Positions 50,451 to 64,000 are shown, counted from the stretch's first letter. The stretch is DNA of 64,000 nt from Eledone cirrhosa (GCA_964016885.1 OZ024749.1:23064001-23128000); one strand, 5' to 3'. The notes: generated from the letters alone by a model not told the origin. Numbers and translations: made by a program.

Positions 50451-51134
50451 TTTGTCGGTCTATCTGTCTGTCTGTCTGTCTATCTGTTTGTCTGTCTGTC
50501 TCTCTGTCTGTCTATCTCTCTATTTGTCCGTCTGTCACTTTAATTCTTCTATTCACAACTTCCTTCATTTGTTTGACCTCCTTCATTTGTTTGCCGTCTT
50601 ATTCATTTGCGACTTTCTCTTAATGTTTTCATTTTCAACTCAAATTCAACCAGTTATATTTACGATAAGTATATTTCTCTATTATATCAATATTTATACC
50701 TGTCTATTATATTCGTCCACCTCATTCATATATTTTTCTTTCTCTCTATTATCATATAATATTCGTACCAAATTAGATTATAACAAATTAAAACAATTTT
50801 GAAATGTAATTCCTTTCCTAAATATATTTTCTCTATTGAGAACATATACAGTTAAAATATCTCAACGAATATATTTACTATAATCACTAAAATACATCAC
50901 TAGAATATAATTTTCTCCTGAGGAAAATAGAAAGCCAATATATTTTATGTTTGTATATATGTAATAATGTATGGTTGTATGTATGCATTAATGTATGTAT
51001 GTATTTGTGTATGTAAGTACGTATGTATGGAAGTAGGTATGGATGAAGGTAAGTTTGTATGTATGTAAGTCTGTATGCACATATATATATATATTTGTCT
51101 GTATGTATGCATGTATACACACACACAAACACAC

Positions 51135-51179
<45 letters not shown>

Positions 51180-51309
51180 TACACAAACACTACACACACA
51201 TATATACATATATATAAATACACTTATGTGCATTGTTATAATTTGGGAGGACTATGTTGACATTAAAACACATGCGCCAGAAAAGCAAGATGGAGTAAAT
51301 AGGCAAAGA

Positions 51310-51536
51310 TAAATTAAATAATATTTTCTTGATAAGGTCACAGAATGTGTGATGAAAGATATTTGACAACTAAATATAACAATTAAACAATCTTGACGTT
51401 ACTCGACTAAAAGAGGAATATAGTAGTTGCCTAAATAATAATAAACAGAAGTGGAACGTATTGGTTAAGTATGATTTTAATGACAACATATTTCTCCAAA
51501 ATATATAAAAATATCTATTTCAACACATGATTTCAC
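51310..51536 (+). mobile_element. Diverged solo pLTR of the 30187-32735 family
   Basis: GATAAGGTCACAGAATGTGTGATGAAAG..TTTGACAA and TTTCAACACATGATTTCA match that pLTR. Confidence 0.65.
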
Positions 51537-52321
51537 ATTGAAGCTTTTCTACATATTATATTTGAAGCGTCCATGATTCTTTTTCCTTTGAGTTCATAAA
51601 TTACAGGGACTAACGCGAGCTTAATTTATGTTGATATATATATGAGTAGAACCAACTTATTTTAGTCGGTCTACATTATAACCTCCCGAACACTCCATCC
51701 AGCGGGTCCTGTCAGTCTTCAACTGATCCGGCTGGTTCCCCAAGCGTGACCAGCCAAGCTTATGGATGTTTTCCAGCCCTCTTGCTCGGGGTCTACCCCT
51801 GGGTAAACTGCCGCTTGGTTTTGCCCGTAAAATCTGTCCAGCGATTCTTTCCTGAGACATTCTAACCACATGTCCATAGTATCGGAGCTAAGTAGATATA
51901 TTATTAATATATCTCATACTTTCACTGAGATGCCTAAGTATTTGATACAGTTAAATTTATAAATTTATATATATGTATATATATATATATAAATATATAT
52001 ATATATACATATATATATAAATATATATAAGCGGCAGTTTACCCAGGGGTAGTTCCCGAGCAAGATGGTTGGAAAACATCCATAAGCTTGGCTGGTCACG
52101 CTTGGGGAACCAGCCGGATCAGTTGAAGACGGTTGCTTCTGACAGGACCCGCTGGATGGAGTGTTTGAAGACTCTTTCACCACGGCCTTCTCACGAATCT
52201 GTTGACGAAGAAGAAGAGAAATACTAACATGTACTAAACTTAACCCAAAATCTCTATTCGGGAGGTTATAAGGTAGACCGAATAAAATAAGTTGGTTCTA
52301 CTCATATATATATAGAGAGAG

Positions 52322-52381
<60 letters not shown>

Positions 52382-52403
52382 AGATCAAAAGATGGTTAAA
52401 GGA

Positions 52404-52489
52404 GTTCCATGTATTTTATTATGCGCATTTCAAAAACAAACATCATCATGCAATAATATTTGTGTTTTCATCAGATAAAACAGGAGAAC
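52404..52489 (-). ncRNA. Type I hammerhead ribozyme at the Naiad 3' end
   Basis: gttc..tg-ttttat CTGATGA aaac-acaaat...atgtttgt-tttt GAAA tgcgca TA ataaaa-ta..gaac. Confidence 0.88.
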
Positions 52490-53512
52490 ATGATATGAAG
52501 GCTAAAAAAAAAAATGTGGATAGTGCAGTTTTAAATCAACATATGAAAAGTTGTTTTAGATTGATGTGTGATATTGGGAAAAATATTTTATTTAGAGAGG
52601 GGGTGGTGGAAAGGATGAAAAAGGGGAGGAGATGAGAGGGAGAGATGGGTGATAGAGAGAAAGAGATAGTTTTTATAACTGAGAGGAGATATATTGTTTT
52701 ACATAGAGAGGTTGAAAACCGTTGGAAGATAATGTATAAATTAAACAAACTTGAAAATTAACGAAGGGAGGATATGTGCGAGGAAAAAATATTTTATTTA
52801 GGGAGGGGGGGTGGAAAGGATGAAAAAAGGGGGAGGGGATGAGAGTGAAGGTGGAGAGGGAGAGATGGGTGATAGAGAGAAAGAGATAGTTTTTATAACT
52901 GAGAAAAAAATATATTGTTTTTACATAGAGAGGTTGAGAACCGTTGGAAGATAATGTATAAATTAAAGGAATTTGAAAATTAACGAAGGGAGTTTATGTA
53001 TGAAGATAGAGAGAAAAAATAATAATTGTGGATGAATATTCTAACGTTAAAAAAAGTGTATGTTGATAAGTATTGTGGCAATTTCAAAATTAACGAAGAG
53101 AAAAATTATTAAGGTTTGTGTGTAGAAGGATTTGAGAAAAATAATGTGAAGTTAAAGTTTGTATATTGAAGGAATTGATAATATATGCGAATAAAGAGTT
53201 AATATGTATTAAGAATGAGTTCGTTGATGGGGAGAAAAAAATAATAAATTAAGGATGAAATTGAGATTAAAAAGATTTATGATAGAGAGAAAAAATAATA
53301 ATGATTGCGGATGAATATTCTAACGTCAAAAAAACAAATGTATATGTTATGAAGGATTTTACAAGGTGAAGATAGAATGAGGGTAATGAGTAAACAAGTA
53401 TTATAGAGTGTATAATGCCCTTTAAAGTAAGGTGGGAAGATGGGTATATTTTAAAGAGGTGTATGTATATGTGCCTTTGAGAAAAGATTCTAAATTGATA
53501 GATAATTGAATA

Positions 53513-55291
53513 TTAACTGTATACTTTGTGAAAAGTCCTATGGAATTTATGCAGGCAGATAGAAAACAAATCTGTACGTCTATTTATTATAGAATCTAGG
53601 TTAGAGATAATGGTAAATTTTTCATTTAGGCAGAGATTACAGATTTTAGATAGAGAGCTGTTCAAGTATGAGGATGCAGAAGAAACCTTCTTCCAAAAGA
53701 TGGTATATTTAATGTTTTTGTCTTTTAAGAACCATATGAGTTCTGAGAGAGCAGTGTTGGTTCTTTTAAGTTTGTATTTGAAAAATGAATGATGATTATA
53801 GAGACGAGCTTTAAAAGAGGTGGAAGTGGAGCCAAAATAGGTGAAGGAATTGGTGCTAGTTATAATTTTACATTCATAAATTAAGTTTTTATCGAGACAA
53901 TGGTTGTTGAGAGGACATTTATTTTTAATGCGGCAGTTGCAATTAGAGAGATTATTAATGAGTGACCTAGTGTTATCTATAGAAGGAATTGGATTGGAGA
54001 AGCTGTTTGCGATAGGAATAATAGGAATAATAGTTTCTTGATTTAGAGTTGGATTATGAACATTTAGCGAAGTTGTGTTTGACGTTGTATTTGGGTTTAC
54101 AGAAGTTAGCCTAGGGTTTACAATGACGTCGGGAGTACTATTACTGTTATTATGAAATTCAATGTTGGAAGGAAGAGATTTAGTATTTAGTATTTTATTG
54201 TTGTGTTTAGAGATGATGTTGGAAATATTGGAGGATGTAGAATAAGAAAATTTGATGGTGTGTTTGTTAAATATTTTACTATAGATATGTGAGGGAGGGA
54301 AGCATTTATTTAAGGCACTAAAAAATAATTTAGGAATATTGTTATTAATAGAGATGGAGAAAGGAGCATTATACCAGATTATGTTTTTGTATCTAGGTCT
54401 TTTATTAAAATTATTGGAATGATCATGATTAATTATTCTACTGTAAGTTTTTCTAGAATTTGTTTCTTTACTATATTTGATTTCATCTGGATAGCCGGCT
54501 TTAGAAAGTGCGTTATTATAGTAATTGGCGTTAGCATCAAAGATGTTTTTATTAGAGGATATGTTAGATATTCTTTTTCCAATATTACTAACTATAGCAT
54601 TCTTGATATTGGTAGGATGGTTAGATTTAAAGTTAACATAATTTAGGTTTTCATTGTTTTTATGGTAAGGGTAATATAGGCCAGTGTCAAGATTAAGAGA
54701 TACATCCAAGAAATTAGCTAGTTTGATACTATTATCAAATTCAATTTTTATGTTATGTTGGTTAAAGAGATTACGTATATTGTTCTTAATAATATTAAGG
54801 TTAACTATATTGCAATTTAGGATAGTAAAGAGTCCATCGTCACGATAAATTCCACCGCGAAGTTGAGGAATTTTCCGACTCAAAGAGTTCAAAATGAAGA
54901 TACCAATTAAATCAGTCAATTGGGATGAATCGGATGCTCCCATTGTGATGTTGAAGTTGTTAGAGGTATCGGCTCTGGTCCAATATTCGTTGTTGAACTC
55001 TAGGATGGTTTTACGTGCGGTGAGGATGTTGTGAAGTTCATCTGTGGTGATGTCAGAATATTTAAGTGCGAAAGATAGAGCATTATTGAGAAGTGAAGGC
55101 GAAATGGAGGAATAGTAGCTGGCAATATCAAATTGAATAAATTTTAGTTTGTTTTTATTATCCAATTTGTTGAACCAGCCAATCACCTCAGAAGTACCAA
55201 ACCATAAATTATGGTTCAAAGAAGAGCAATTAGAACTAACCTGTGGGATAATTCTATCCATGATGGCTTTACTAACAACCCCCAGATCAGA
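53513..55291 (-). pseudogene. Naiad RT and GIY-YIG, uninterrupted but 5' truncated (no native start)
   Basis: SDLGVVSKAIMD, QFDIASYYSSI, MGASDSSQLTDLIG, IYRDDG, IIWYNAPFS, CNCR..CPLNNHC, IYEC..YFGST, CNLCLNEK. The ORF-track N-terminus (IYIY...) comes from the TA repeat. Confidence 0.92.
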
Positions 55292-55334
<43 letters not shown>

Positions 55335-55717
55335 ACATAAATTAACGGAGTCATAACTCGCGTTAGTCCCTGTAATTTATGAACTCAAAGGAAAAAGAAT
55401 TATGGACGCTTCAAATATAATATGTAGAAAAGATAACACACGAGAGAGAGAGTGTGTGTTTATCAATGTACAGGGAAAACCACCAGTGTATGGAATCTAT
55501 AAACCCAGAAAGGTGAGGTAGAAGCATAATAATTAAAAATATAAATCAGAATGAATTCACCCACCTTTATAACTATATATATGGTGAAAGAGTGATGGAT
55601 AACATGGTCGGCTGTACAAAAAGGGTTTTATTTACAGTATTAACAATTGTTTCATTGATCAGGTGAGTCTAAAGATCACTGATCAATCGAAATTGCATCA
55701 CTCGACCTTAAATACAA

Positions 55718-55750
<33 letters not shown>

Positions 55751-56356
55751 TTATGTATCCCCGGGTGTAGTAAATGACGTTCGGTTTAGATGTCCCGCAG
55801 TAGGATCGAACCCAGAACATAAGGATAGTAGACTGATCAACTTACTTAATCATTTAACCATGCCGGCGTCCCGTACAATCAGCATACTTGACTGCTCTCC
55901 TCAATAGTACAAAATGATATATTTTCAACTGTAAAAAGCAAACCAAAAGCAAAAAAAAAAAAGAAAAAATGTAATATATAAAAATAAAGAACAAGAAACA
56001 AAAAAAAAAATACCCCTTAGCTGTCCGTATTTTAATATATCTCTATATCTTGCTAATTCAACTGAGAATTACTGTAGCATGTTAAGAAACGCTGGTGCCA
56101 TTACATCATTGGTAAAGCATTACGTCTGCTGAAAAAAAATGAAGAATTGTATAGAGTCTACATTCATCAGGAAATTGAGAAATGAACGTTTGGAATACAT
56201 ATTATTGGCAGTTTTCTAAGACAATATCGATAGCATAGCGAGGAAATACAATTCTTTTCGTAAAGTATTCTCATATTCTCCCGTGTGAATTACAGTGATC
56301 TACTCAATCTTAGAAGAAATGAAGAAATATACGAAACCTATCTCTCTCTCTATGTC

Positions 56357-56387
<31 letters not shown>

Positions 56388-56457
56388 GTATATACGTACA
56401 TATATATATATATATATATATACACATTGCTGTCTCCCTATCTCATATATACATATA

Positions 56458-56508
<51 letters not shown>

Positions 56509-56605
56509 ACTTATATATAACTATATCTATCTCTATATCTCTATATCTCTATATATCTATATTTATCTATCTATCTATCTCTATGTATGCATGTATGTAT
56601 GTATG

Positions 56606-56636
<31 letters not shown>

Positions 56637-56688
56637 GTATGTATGTATGTATGTATGTATGTATGTATGTATGTATTTGTACATTAAT

Positions 56689-56857
56689 TGTTTCTACTTT
56701 TTGGCACAAGGCCGGCAAAATTCCCCAGTACATTACTGGTACTTTATTTTATCAACCCCGTATGGATGAAAGGCAAAGTTAACCTCGGCGGGATTTGAAC
56801 TCAGATAATAAAGGGACGTAACTATGCTGGAAAATATGTCCGAGCCTCTACCGATAC
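56689..56857 (-). mobile_element. SINE copy with 9-bp TSD TACATTAAT
   Basis: Family motif; TSD at 56680-56688 and 56858-56866. Confidence 0.85.
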
Positions 56858-56960
56858 TACATTAATGTACTCATACTAGTGGTATATGTATCAGAATATG
56901 TACCAGAAACACCTGATGGTTACTGATGTGAAGATTCTAAGCATGTAGCAGAGTCGTACA

Positions 56961-56998
<38 letters not shown>

Positions 56999-57263
56999 CA
57001 ATTGAGAGGTATTCCAGTTTCACCAATATATCTATATCTTTATCTATAAATATATCTACATATATATCTATATCTATAAATATATCTACATATATATCTA
57101 ATTCTGTCTATATATATATCTCTTTATGTCTACATCTATCTATCTATCTATATAAATATATACCTGCCAATCTCCTTTATCTAGCGTATGTATGAATCTC
57201 TTCCGCTTCCTCTCATTGTCTCTCTATCCCTGTCTCTCCATTTCTCTCTATCTCTCTCCCCCC

Positions 57264-57329
<66 letters not shown>

Positions 57330-57435
57330 GTATATACAAATATACATTACGTTGAATTATGATTTCCTATATATATATATATATACTAATTTCTTTTAGT
57401 TAAGATTTCCTATATATATATATATTAAGTCAACG

Positions 57436-57539
<104 letters not shown>

Positions 57540-58592
57540 TACGTTGAGTTAAGATTTCCTAAGTGTTAATCTACGATTTAAGTATACAATCTGCAGTAAT
57601 TTCCGTTGCTACTGTGGATCACCAACGAACATGGCCGCCACGAAGTAATATGACAGTTGCATGAAATGAAAATTGCTGAAAACTCTGTAAATTTGGCTGG
57701 GAATGATATCAATGTTGCTGCTGCAGACAGAATATTACATTGATGACCTAGCACCATAATTTCAGCGCTTCAAATGGACGATTATATTATAAATCACCAT
57801 TGTATAGACCACCATATATATGTACATATCTGTTTCAACAGGATTTTGTGTTCCATGCACACACAAACATCTGTCTCTCTCGCTGCATATATATATATAT
57901 ATATATGATTATATATAGAGGGGAGAGGAGAGAGAAAGAGAGGGGTGGGGACAAAATGGAAGATAGAGGCAGATAAGTGATATAGAGAGAATGAGTGGTA
58001 GTGTGTGGGAGAAAGGAGAAAGAGAGGCGGAAGATAAAGGCAGAGAAGAGACATAGTGAGAGCGAGCGAGAGAGAGAAAAGGTAAAAAGAGAGGGAGAAC
58101 AGAGACAGATGTGGAGGAGAGATAGAGAGAAAGGGGGAGAGAGAAGGCAGAAAGAGAGGTGGAAGATAGAGGCAGAGAAGAGACATAGTGAGGGAGCGAT
58201 AGGGAGGGCGAAGGTTGAAAGATAGGTGGAGAAGGGACAGAAATATAGAGACAGGGAAAGGGAGGGAAGAGAGAGAAGTGTGGTGGGAAACAGAGACACA
58301 GGTGGAGAAGAGACATAGAGAGAGAGGGGTGGCGGGAGAGAGAAAGAAGAAAGAGAGGTGGAAACAGAGACAAAGGTGGAGAAGTGACATAGAGTTAGGG
58401 GAAGGGGGCGAGAGAGAAGGGATAAAAAGAGATGGAAGACAGAGACAGGGGCAGGGAAGAGACAGAGAGATACCTTTAAGGGGCAGAAAGAAAAACAGAA
58501 TATAATAGATAGCTACAATCATAGTAATCGAGACTAGTAAAAGCATTATTCTACTTTTAAGGAAAGTAGAACGTAGTTGTTATTATAAGACA

Positions 58593-59690
58593 CGAGCTGA
58601 CGTTCCCAGCTTCGCCCGGGTAAACAGATGATAAGAGAAGACAGGTAAAAGAGAAAATGACTGTATTGGATGTTTGTCTGGTTACAGTATGAGGCGTGTC
58701 CGTGGTGTCTGTGTGAAACAAAATACAGTAAAAAACAATCTTCCAGATATACCAGATTCTTCGTTGTACCGTTTGTGCATAGTATATGAACAATTCTAGG
58801 TGCTCCCACCTAAAATAGTGACCTCTGGCTGACTGTAAAACGTATATCATTGCATAGACATGGTTTTTCCAATCTTTTATATTATATGTAGATATAGATA
58901 TAGATAATTAATATAAAAGATGTCCGTCAATGTAAAAAAGGGTACCTATTTACTTGAAAAGGTTTATACAAATGCCAAATTAATATGGATATGGATAACA
59001 TGCTTATCTATAAATGGTCAGCTATAATAATAAAACAACAAATTATATGACACAAAAATGTATTCAGTAATTTCCAGATTCTTAGCCACTGAGTAATAGA
59101 CAGTCAATGTTGCCCAGAGTTCAACTCGGAGAGGTGGCCTGGTTTGAACTCCAAATGGCGGATCCTTCTACTTCGAAAATGGAATCGTTTTTCAATATTA
59201 CTCTCGCCCTGGCCGGCCATAGGATCCAACTTTTTGCCAGACTCAGCATATGATGAGGTTTTATTACCACCGCAATCAGAAGCGACGCACGCAAACTTAC
59301 ACACGCACCCGTGCACTTACACACATGCACACACTCACACATGTTGATAGATTTTACTTTCTGTGGAACGCTGCACGCACACACACATAAACATACACGC
59401 ACGTACATACACACGCACACATGTTAATAGATATTGCTTTCCTTCCCCTCTTATTTCCACACACATCACACACATGTCTCTACACTGACACATATACATA
59501 GTGTATCCAACACAGCGTTCACTTGCCTCTCTGTTTCTTACTCTCACCTCTCACTCCCTCATTGACATTATGCATATTTATTTAAGTTTGGCATCATTGA
59601 GGTGGGCGGAGTCGTTTGAAACCTATGAACCAATGATAATCGAGAATTATGACACACGGAATACTGACATTGTTGAAATTAATATATAGA
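58593..59690 (-). mobile_element. Non-autonomous Helitron, copy 1 of tandem pair
   Basis: 5' TCTATATATT at 59690; 3' CCCGGGCGAAGCTGGG hairpin and CTCG (mutated CTAG). Confidence 0.75.
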
Positions 59691-60800
59691 CTAGCTGACG
59701 TACCCATATTTGCCCGGGTAAACAGATGATAAGAGAAGACAGGTAAAAGAGAAAATGACTGTATTTGATGTTTGTCTGGTTACAGTATCAGGCGAGTCCA
59801 CGGTGTCTGTTTGAAACAAAATACAGTAAAATAATCTTCAGATATACCAGATTCTTCGTTTGTGCATAGTATATGAACTATTCTAGGAGCTCCCACCTAG
59901 AATAGTGACCTCTAGGAGATGGTTCATCTTCTGCCTGACTGTAAAACGTGTATCATTGCATAGACGTGGTTGTTCCACGTTTCTCAAAAGGATGATGGAA
60001 GTTCCAATATGTTATATTATATGTAGATATAGATATAGATAATTAATATAAAATATGATGCTCAGCCAGTTCGTCTTCAACCATCGCAGCACGCCGTCGT
60101 TGCTTGGCTCCAGTGTTTCGTTGGCGCGTTCAGCCAGCTCCTCTTCATTCATGGCGGCACGTCTTCGCCTCTGAAATACGGCGTTCCGATGGCGCTGTTC
60201 GGCCCGTTTTTCTTCATTCCTGGCTGCACGCCGTCGCCGTTGTAGTTCACTGTTTGATAAAGTCGAATTGCTTTTATTTCATTTCGAGCAATTGTCGAAA
60301 AATTACACAATAATAAATATAAAAGATGTCCGTCAATGTAAAAAAATGTTCCTATTTACTCTCTTCACAACTCTGTGTATGTTAGACTAATAGACAGGCA
60401 CACAGACAGATAAACTGCGTGGCGATTGTGGAACGCCCCACGTACACACACACACACGCATGGAAACGCACACACACACGCAAACTTACGCACCCGTGCA
60501 CTTACACACACTTACACACTCACACATGTTGATAGATTTTACTTTGTGTGGAACGCTGCACGCACGCACACACACATAAACATACGAGCAAATACATACA
60601 CACGCACACATGGTAATATTTACAGCGTTCACTTTGCCTCTCTGTTTCTTGCTCTCCCTCTCACTCCCTCATTGGCATTATGCGTATTAATTTATGTTTG
60701 GCGTCGTTGAGGTGGGTGGAGTCATTTGAAACCTATGAACCAATGATAATCGAGAATTAGGACACACGGAATACAGACGTTCTTGCAATTAATATATAGA
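59691..60800 (-). mobile_element. Non-autonomous Helitron, copy 2 of tandem pair
   Basis: A|TCTATATATT at 60800; 3' hairpin and CTAG at 59691-59694; both ends shared with copy 1. Confidence 0.82.
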
Positions 60801-61214
60801 TGTATGCTGTACGTTCAATTTTATACCTTCCTGATGGTTTGCTGAAGAATATCTCAAATTTTGGAAAGACTTCGTGGTATATATTTTTTTTTTACACTAA
60901 TTATTGCGGCATTGAAGTACAATTTCATTGCTACCTGCCTCTTTCATATTTTCTCTCGGTTAGACGACATTCTTTCAGCATAAAGTGTTCCCATTAAGAA
61001 GAAAAAAGAGTTAGAAAAATATATAGGGGGAGGTGTTTTATATATGGTGTGGATGGTATATACCTGAAATTCCCGATAGAGTCATAGGGGGGGGGGGGGG
61101 GGCGTATTGTCATACGGCGTTCTTGGGCATTTTACGCCTGGTGGAGCCCATTCCTCTCCAGGCATGAATACATCAGATTTCTTTCAGAAAGGAGGTATAA
61201 TTAACCTGATTAAT

Positions 61215-61355
61215 AGACTGGTACTTTCTTTTATCGACCTCGAAAGGATGAAAGACAAAGTTGACCTCCGTGGGATTTGAACTCAGAGAACAGAAAGCTG
61301 GAACGTATACCATAAAACATTCTGACGTTCTAACGACGCTGGCAATTCTCAGCCT
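61215..61355 (-). mobile_element. SINE copy (older)
   Basis: ACTGGTACTTT..TTATCGACCTCGAAAGGATGAAAG..AAAGTTGACCTC..GGGATTTGAACTCAGA. Confidence 0.75.
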
Positions 61356-62306
61356 TGCTTTATGTATCCATAGCGAGCAAGGAAAAGCAAGAGTGGTATT
61401 TTGGTAGTGGACAGGATAGAGATTAAGAGTCCAAGAAAATTAAGTGGCGCTAATCTACATATAGAGAAAGAGAGGATTATAAAAAGAAAGACAGGACAGT
61501 CTATGTGGACATATCCACGGCCAGTGTTTGCAAACCCTGTTATTCGGAGATTTTAAAATCTGGCGCGAGTGGGATTGTCCAGGTTTTTAGTATACATTTT
61601 TGGGAGAAGCCAAATCTCATGTTAAGACATTTTCTGGAGTTGTGTAGCTTTATAAGCATATTGCATCCCCAACAACAGGTACGTCCTCAAGCAATTTGAA
61701 TAGGGTTGAGAACATACTAGGTGTTTCATATGATGAAGGAATCTGTGACGATAAATTTTGTTTATTTAATCCGTACTTATGAAATTGCAAACGAGATTTG
61801 TGAGTTCACTGTCGGACCTTCTGTCTGGATATCTGAAGGTCGACTCAAAGTTTCGGAAGCGGATTTTAATTCGGATTTCCATGACTCTCCGTAGGTTCTG
61901 ACCACCATATGCTGTTCATTTGGTCAAGTCGGGGTAACCTCTGCTTTCTATATCATGACAGATGTCGCATAACATGGTCATTTACAAATGCATGCTTATG
62001 GTCTGCAGCATGAGCAATCCGGTGTATAGGATTGCATGGATTTACTCGCGATGTAAGATCTAGTGGTCTTGGCACAGGAATCGCCGATTTTAAGCGCATT
62101 TCTGTTAAAGGATATTTTATATTTATGGCTTACAAGGAAATGCTTGTCAAAATGTGATACAAATCTCGGTTACTTTATCTTTAACACTCACCAGTTCAGG
62201 AAAACTTATGTTTTTATATTTCTTAATCTTTCTTCTTCTTTGAGGGAATCCTTTCACACACACACACACACGCAGCGACACACAGAGACATACACACACA
62301 TACACA

Positions 62307-62396
<90 letters not shown>

Positions 62397-62694
62397 GTGT
62401 GTGTGTGAGTTTATATGTTTGTGTATATTTACGTATGCAGATTTGTATGAATGAAGAGTTTAGATGATCTGAACGAACGGGAGTTTAAAAGGAAGAGATA
62501 AATTTGAAGCTGCCAGGATATGACTAAACAGTTTTAGCTTTTCCTATAACATAAATCTCCGTAAATTCTTTACTGGTGTGGCAGGAAGTTTCTGAGCGGT
62601 TGTTCGTTAATTCAAATGTTTATAGCATATATATATTGATGTAAATATTTACAGTAAACAAACTAGACTTTAATATTTAATGTAATTTAATTAT

Positions 62695-62812
62695 CAAAGC
62701 CGGCTCATTGGTAGAGTCATTGAATGTCAGATAGTCAAATCCCACCGAAGTCATCTTTGGCTTTCATCATTTCGAGGTCAATAAGAATAGCACCAGTCTA
62801 GTATGGGTTCGA
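62695..62812 (+). mobile_element. Degraded SINE copy
   Basis: TCAAATCCCACCGAAGTC..CTTTGGCTTTCATCATTTCGAGGTCAATAAG..CACCAGT. Confidence 0.6.
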
Positions 62813-62837
62813 TTCTTCCTCTGTATATTTTCCTCAT

Positions 62838-62897
<60 letters not shown>

Positions 62898-62901
62898 CCC
62901 C

Positions 62902-62933
<32 letters not shown>

Positions 62934-63379
62934 AATATCTTTCCTTCTCTGGAGGAAACATGCTGTGTTCAAACCTGGAGAGGAAAATGCCCTAGACACG
63001 TCGTATGACACTACATTCACGCTAAGACACCATCAGGAGTTATTACCTGAGAAATGAAAAAAAAAGAAAGAATTCAAACATCATACTGTTTAGTATTTCT
63101 CAGAAATGCCATGTTGATATGCATTGATATGGGTCCGGACATTAAGATTTAAAAACGTATGTATGTAACAATTATCTACCAATTCTGTACTATTTTTGTA
63201 CTGATTGTCTATTACCAATTTCTGTTGCCTTTCAAAGACACGTGGTCCAAAGAGAATAACAAGGAATTTAGACAGAAGAACAAAACAATGAATATTATAG
63301 TTTCGCCTCAGTTATTCTTATTTGTGATTTACACAATGCAATCAATAAAACTGTCGTCAAGATATGTGCATGTATATAT

Positions 63380-63419
<40 letters not shown>

Positions 63420-63500
63420 TAATAATAATAAAATTGAAGACTAAAATCCAAAGAGGGCTCGATAAGGAAAATATATATCAAATATATAAGAACCGTAGAG

Positions 63501-63563
<63 letters not shown>

Positions 63564-63608
63564 TAAACAAATAATGAACAAACAATTCCTTATATTAAAC
63601 AAAAAAAG

Positions 63609-63763
63609 TTCACTATTTAACGATCGTTTCTAGGGTATATATGTGTTATAATTGGTATGCATATTTAACAGATCTATGTACAAAATTATACAAAATTATA
63701 CAAATTATCAAGATTAAATATACATACCTAACTCATATATACGCCGTCTTCAGAAATAATGAA
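63609..63763 (-). ncRNA. Type I hammerhead motif with very long stem/loop II (paralogue of 25426-25578)
   Basis: ttc-attattt CTGAAGA ...~115 nt... GAAA cgatcg TT aaatagt-gaa. Confidence 0.7.
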
Positions 63764-64000
63764 GTATATTTATTGATAATAACAACAATTCAAAATATCA
63801 GTTCAAAATTGACCAATGAAAACACAAAGGGTTAAAAAGCAGTTTGGTGTGTGTATATACATGTAAAACCCTACACACATTTTACAATAATGTGTGTATA
63901 ATTTGTATGTGCATACTAAAAAGATGGATGCAAATAAAAAATTTCAAGGTTAATATCTCTGTAAGCTTAATGCGCTGATAAGATACGCAATGATACTTAT

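Larger units (their letters stand above)
52376..55291 (-). mobile_element. 5'-truncated Naiad-type PLE inserted in (TA)n
   Basis: Open RT-GIY-YIG frame, ~1.1-kb 3' UTR, terminal hammerhead, TA tracts on both sides. Confidence 0.92.
51544..55431. repeat. Foldback (inverted duplication) containing an RTE-like 3' fragment, interrupted by a Naiad insertion
   Basis: 51544-51634 mirrors 55333-55431 and 51634-51816 mirrors 52029-52310; translation GHVVRM...PRGRPR is RTE-like. Confidence 0.8.

Noticed and set aside
51325-51370. Functional hammerhead in the solo pLTR
   Set aside because: TTGATAA and GAAA are present but stem I does not pair; treated as degenerate
55636-55700. Hammerhead on the minus strand (GAAA caattg TT with attgatcag/ctgatcaat stem)
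   Set aside because: The 5' core is missing; at most a rearranged remnant
55760-55875. tRNA gene on the minus strand
   Set aside because: A/B-box-like motifs only, no full cloverleaf; probably a SINE head (likewise 32945-33012)

Overview
AT-rich, microsatellite-dense animal intergenic or intronic DNA. The SINE family and repeat profile suggest a cephalopod such as Octopus (inference). I found no host gene exon; most listed ORFs are microsatellite artefacts. Transposable elements dominate: three Naiad-type Penelope-like elements (PLEs; RT + GIY-YIG) and one other PLE, an apparently intact Tx1/L1-clade LINE plus degraded and 3' copies sitting in (TCTA/TCTG)n, an R4-like RLE LINE fragment, RTE fragments, non-autonomous Helitrons (one head-to-tail pair) and many Nin-domain-type SINEs. 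The main unannotated signal is RNA-level: about 16 type I hammerhead ribozyme (HHR) motifs from about 8 sequence families, found by eye. Five lie in a near-perfect 310-bp tandem array (a retrozyme-like, putative circRNA-producing satellite). Others lie in 460- and 467-bp partially tandem units or at the outward-facing ends of inverted-repeat PLE structures. Nearly all sit in or beside (TA)n tracts. All folds were paired by hand and none was computed.
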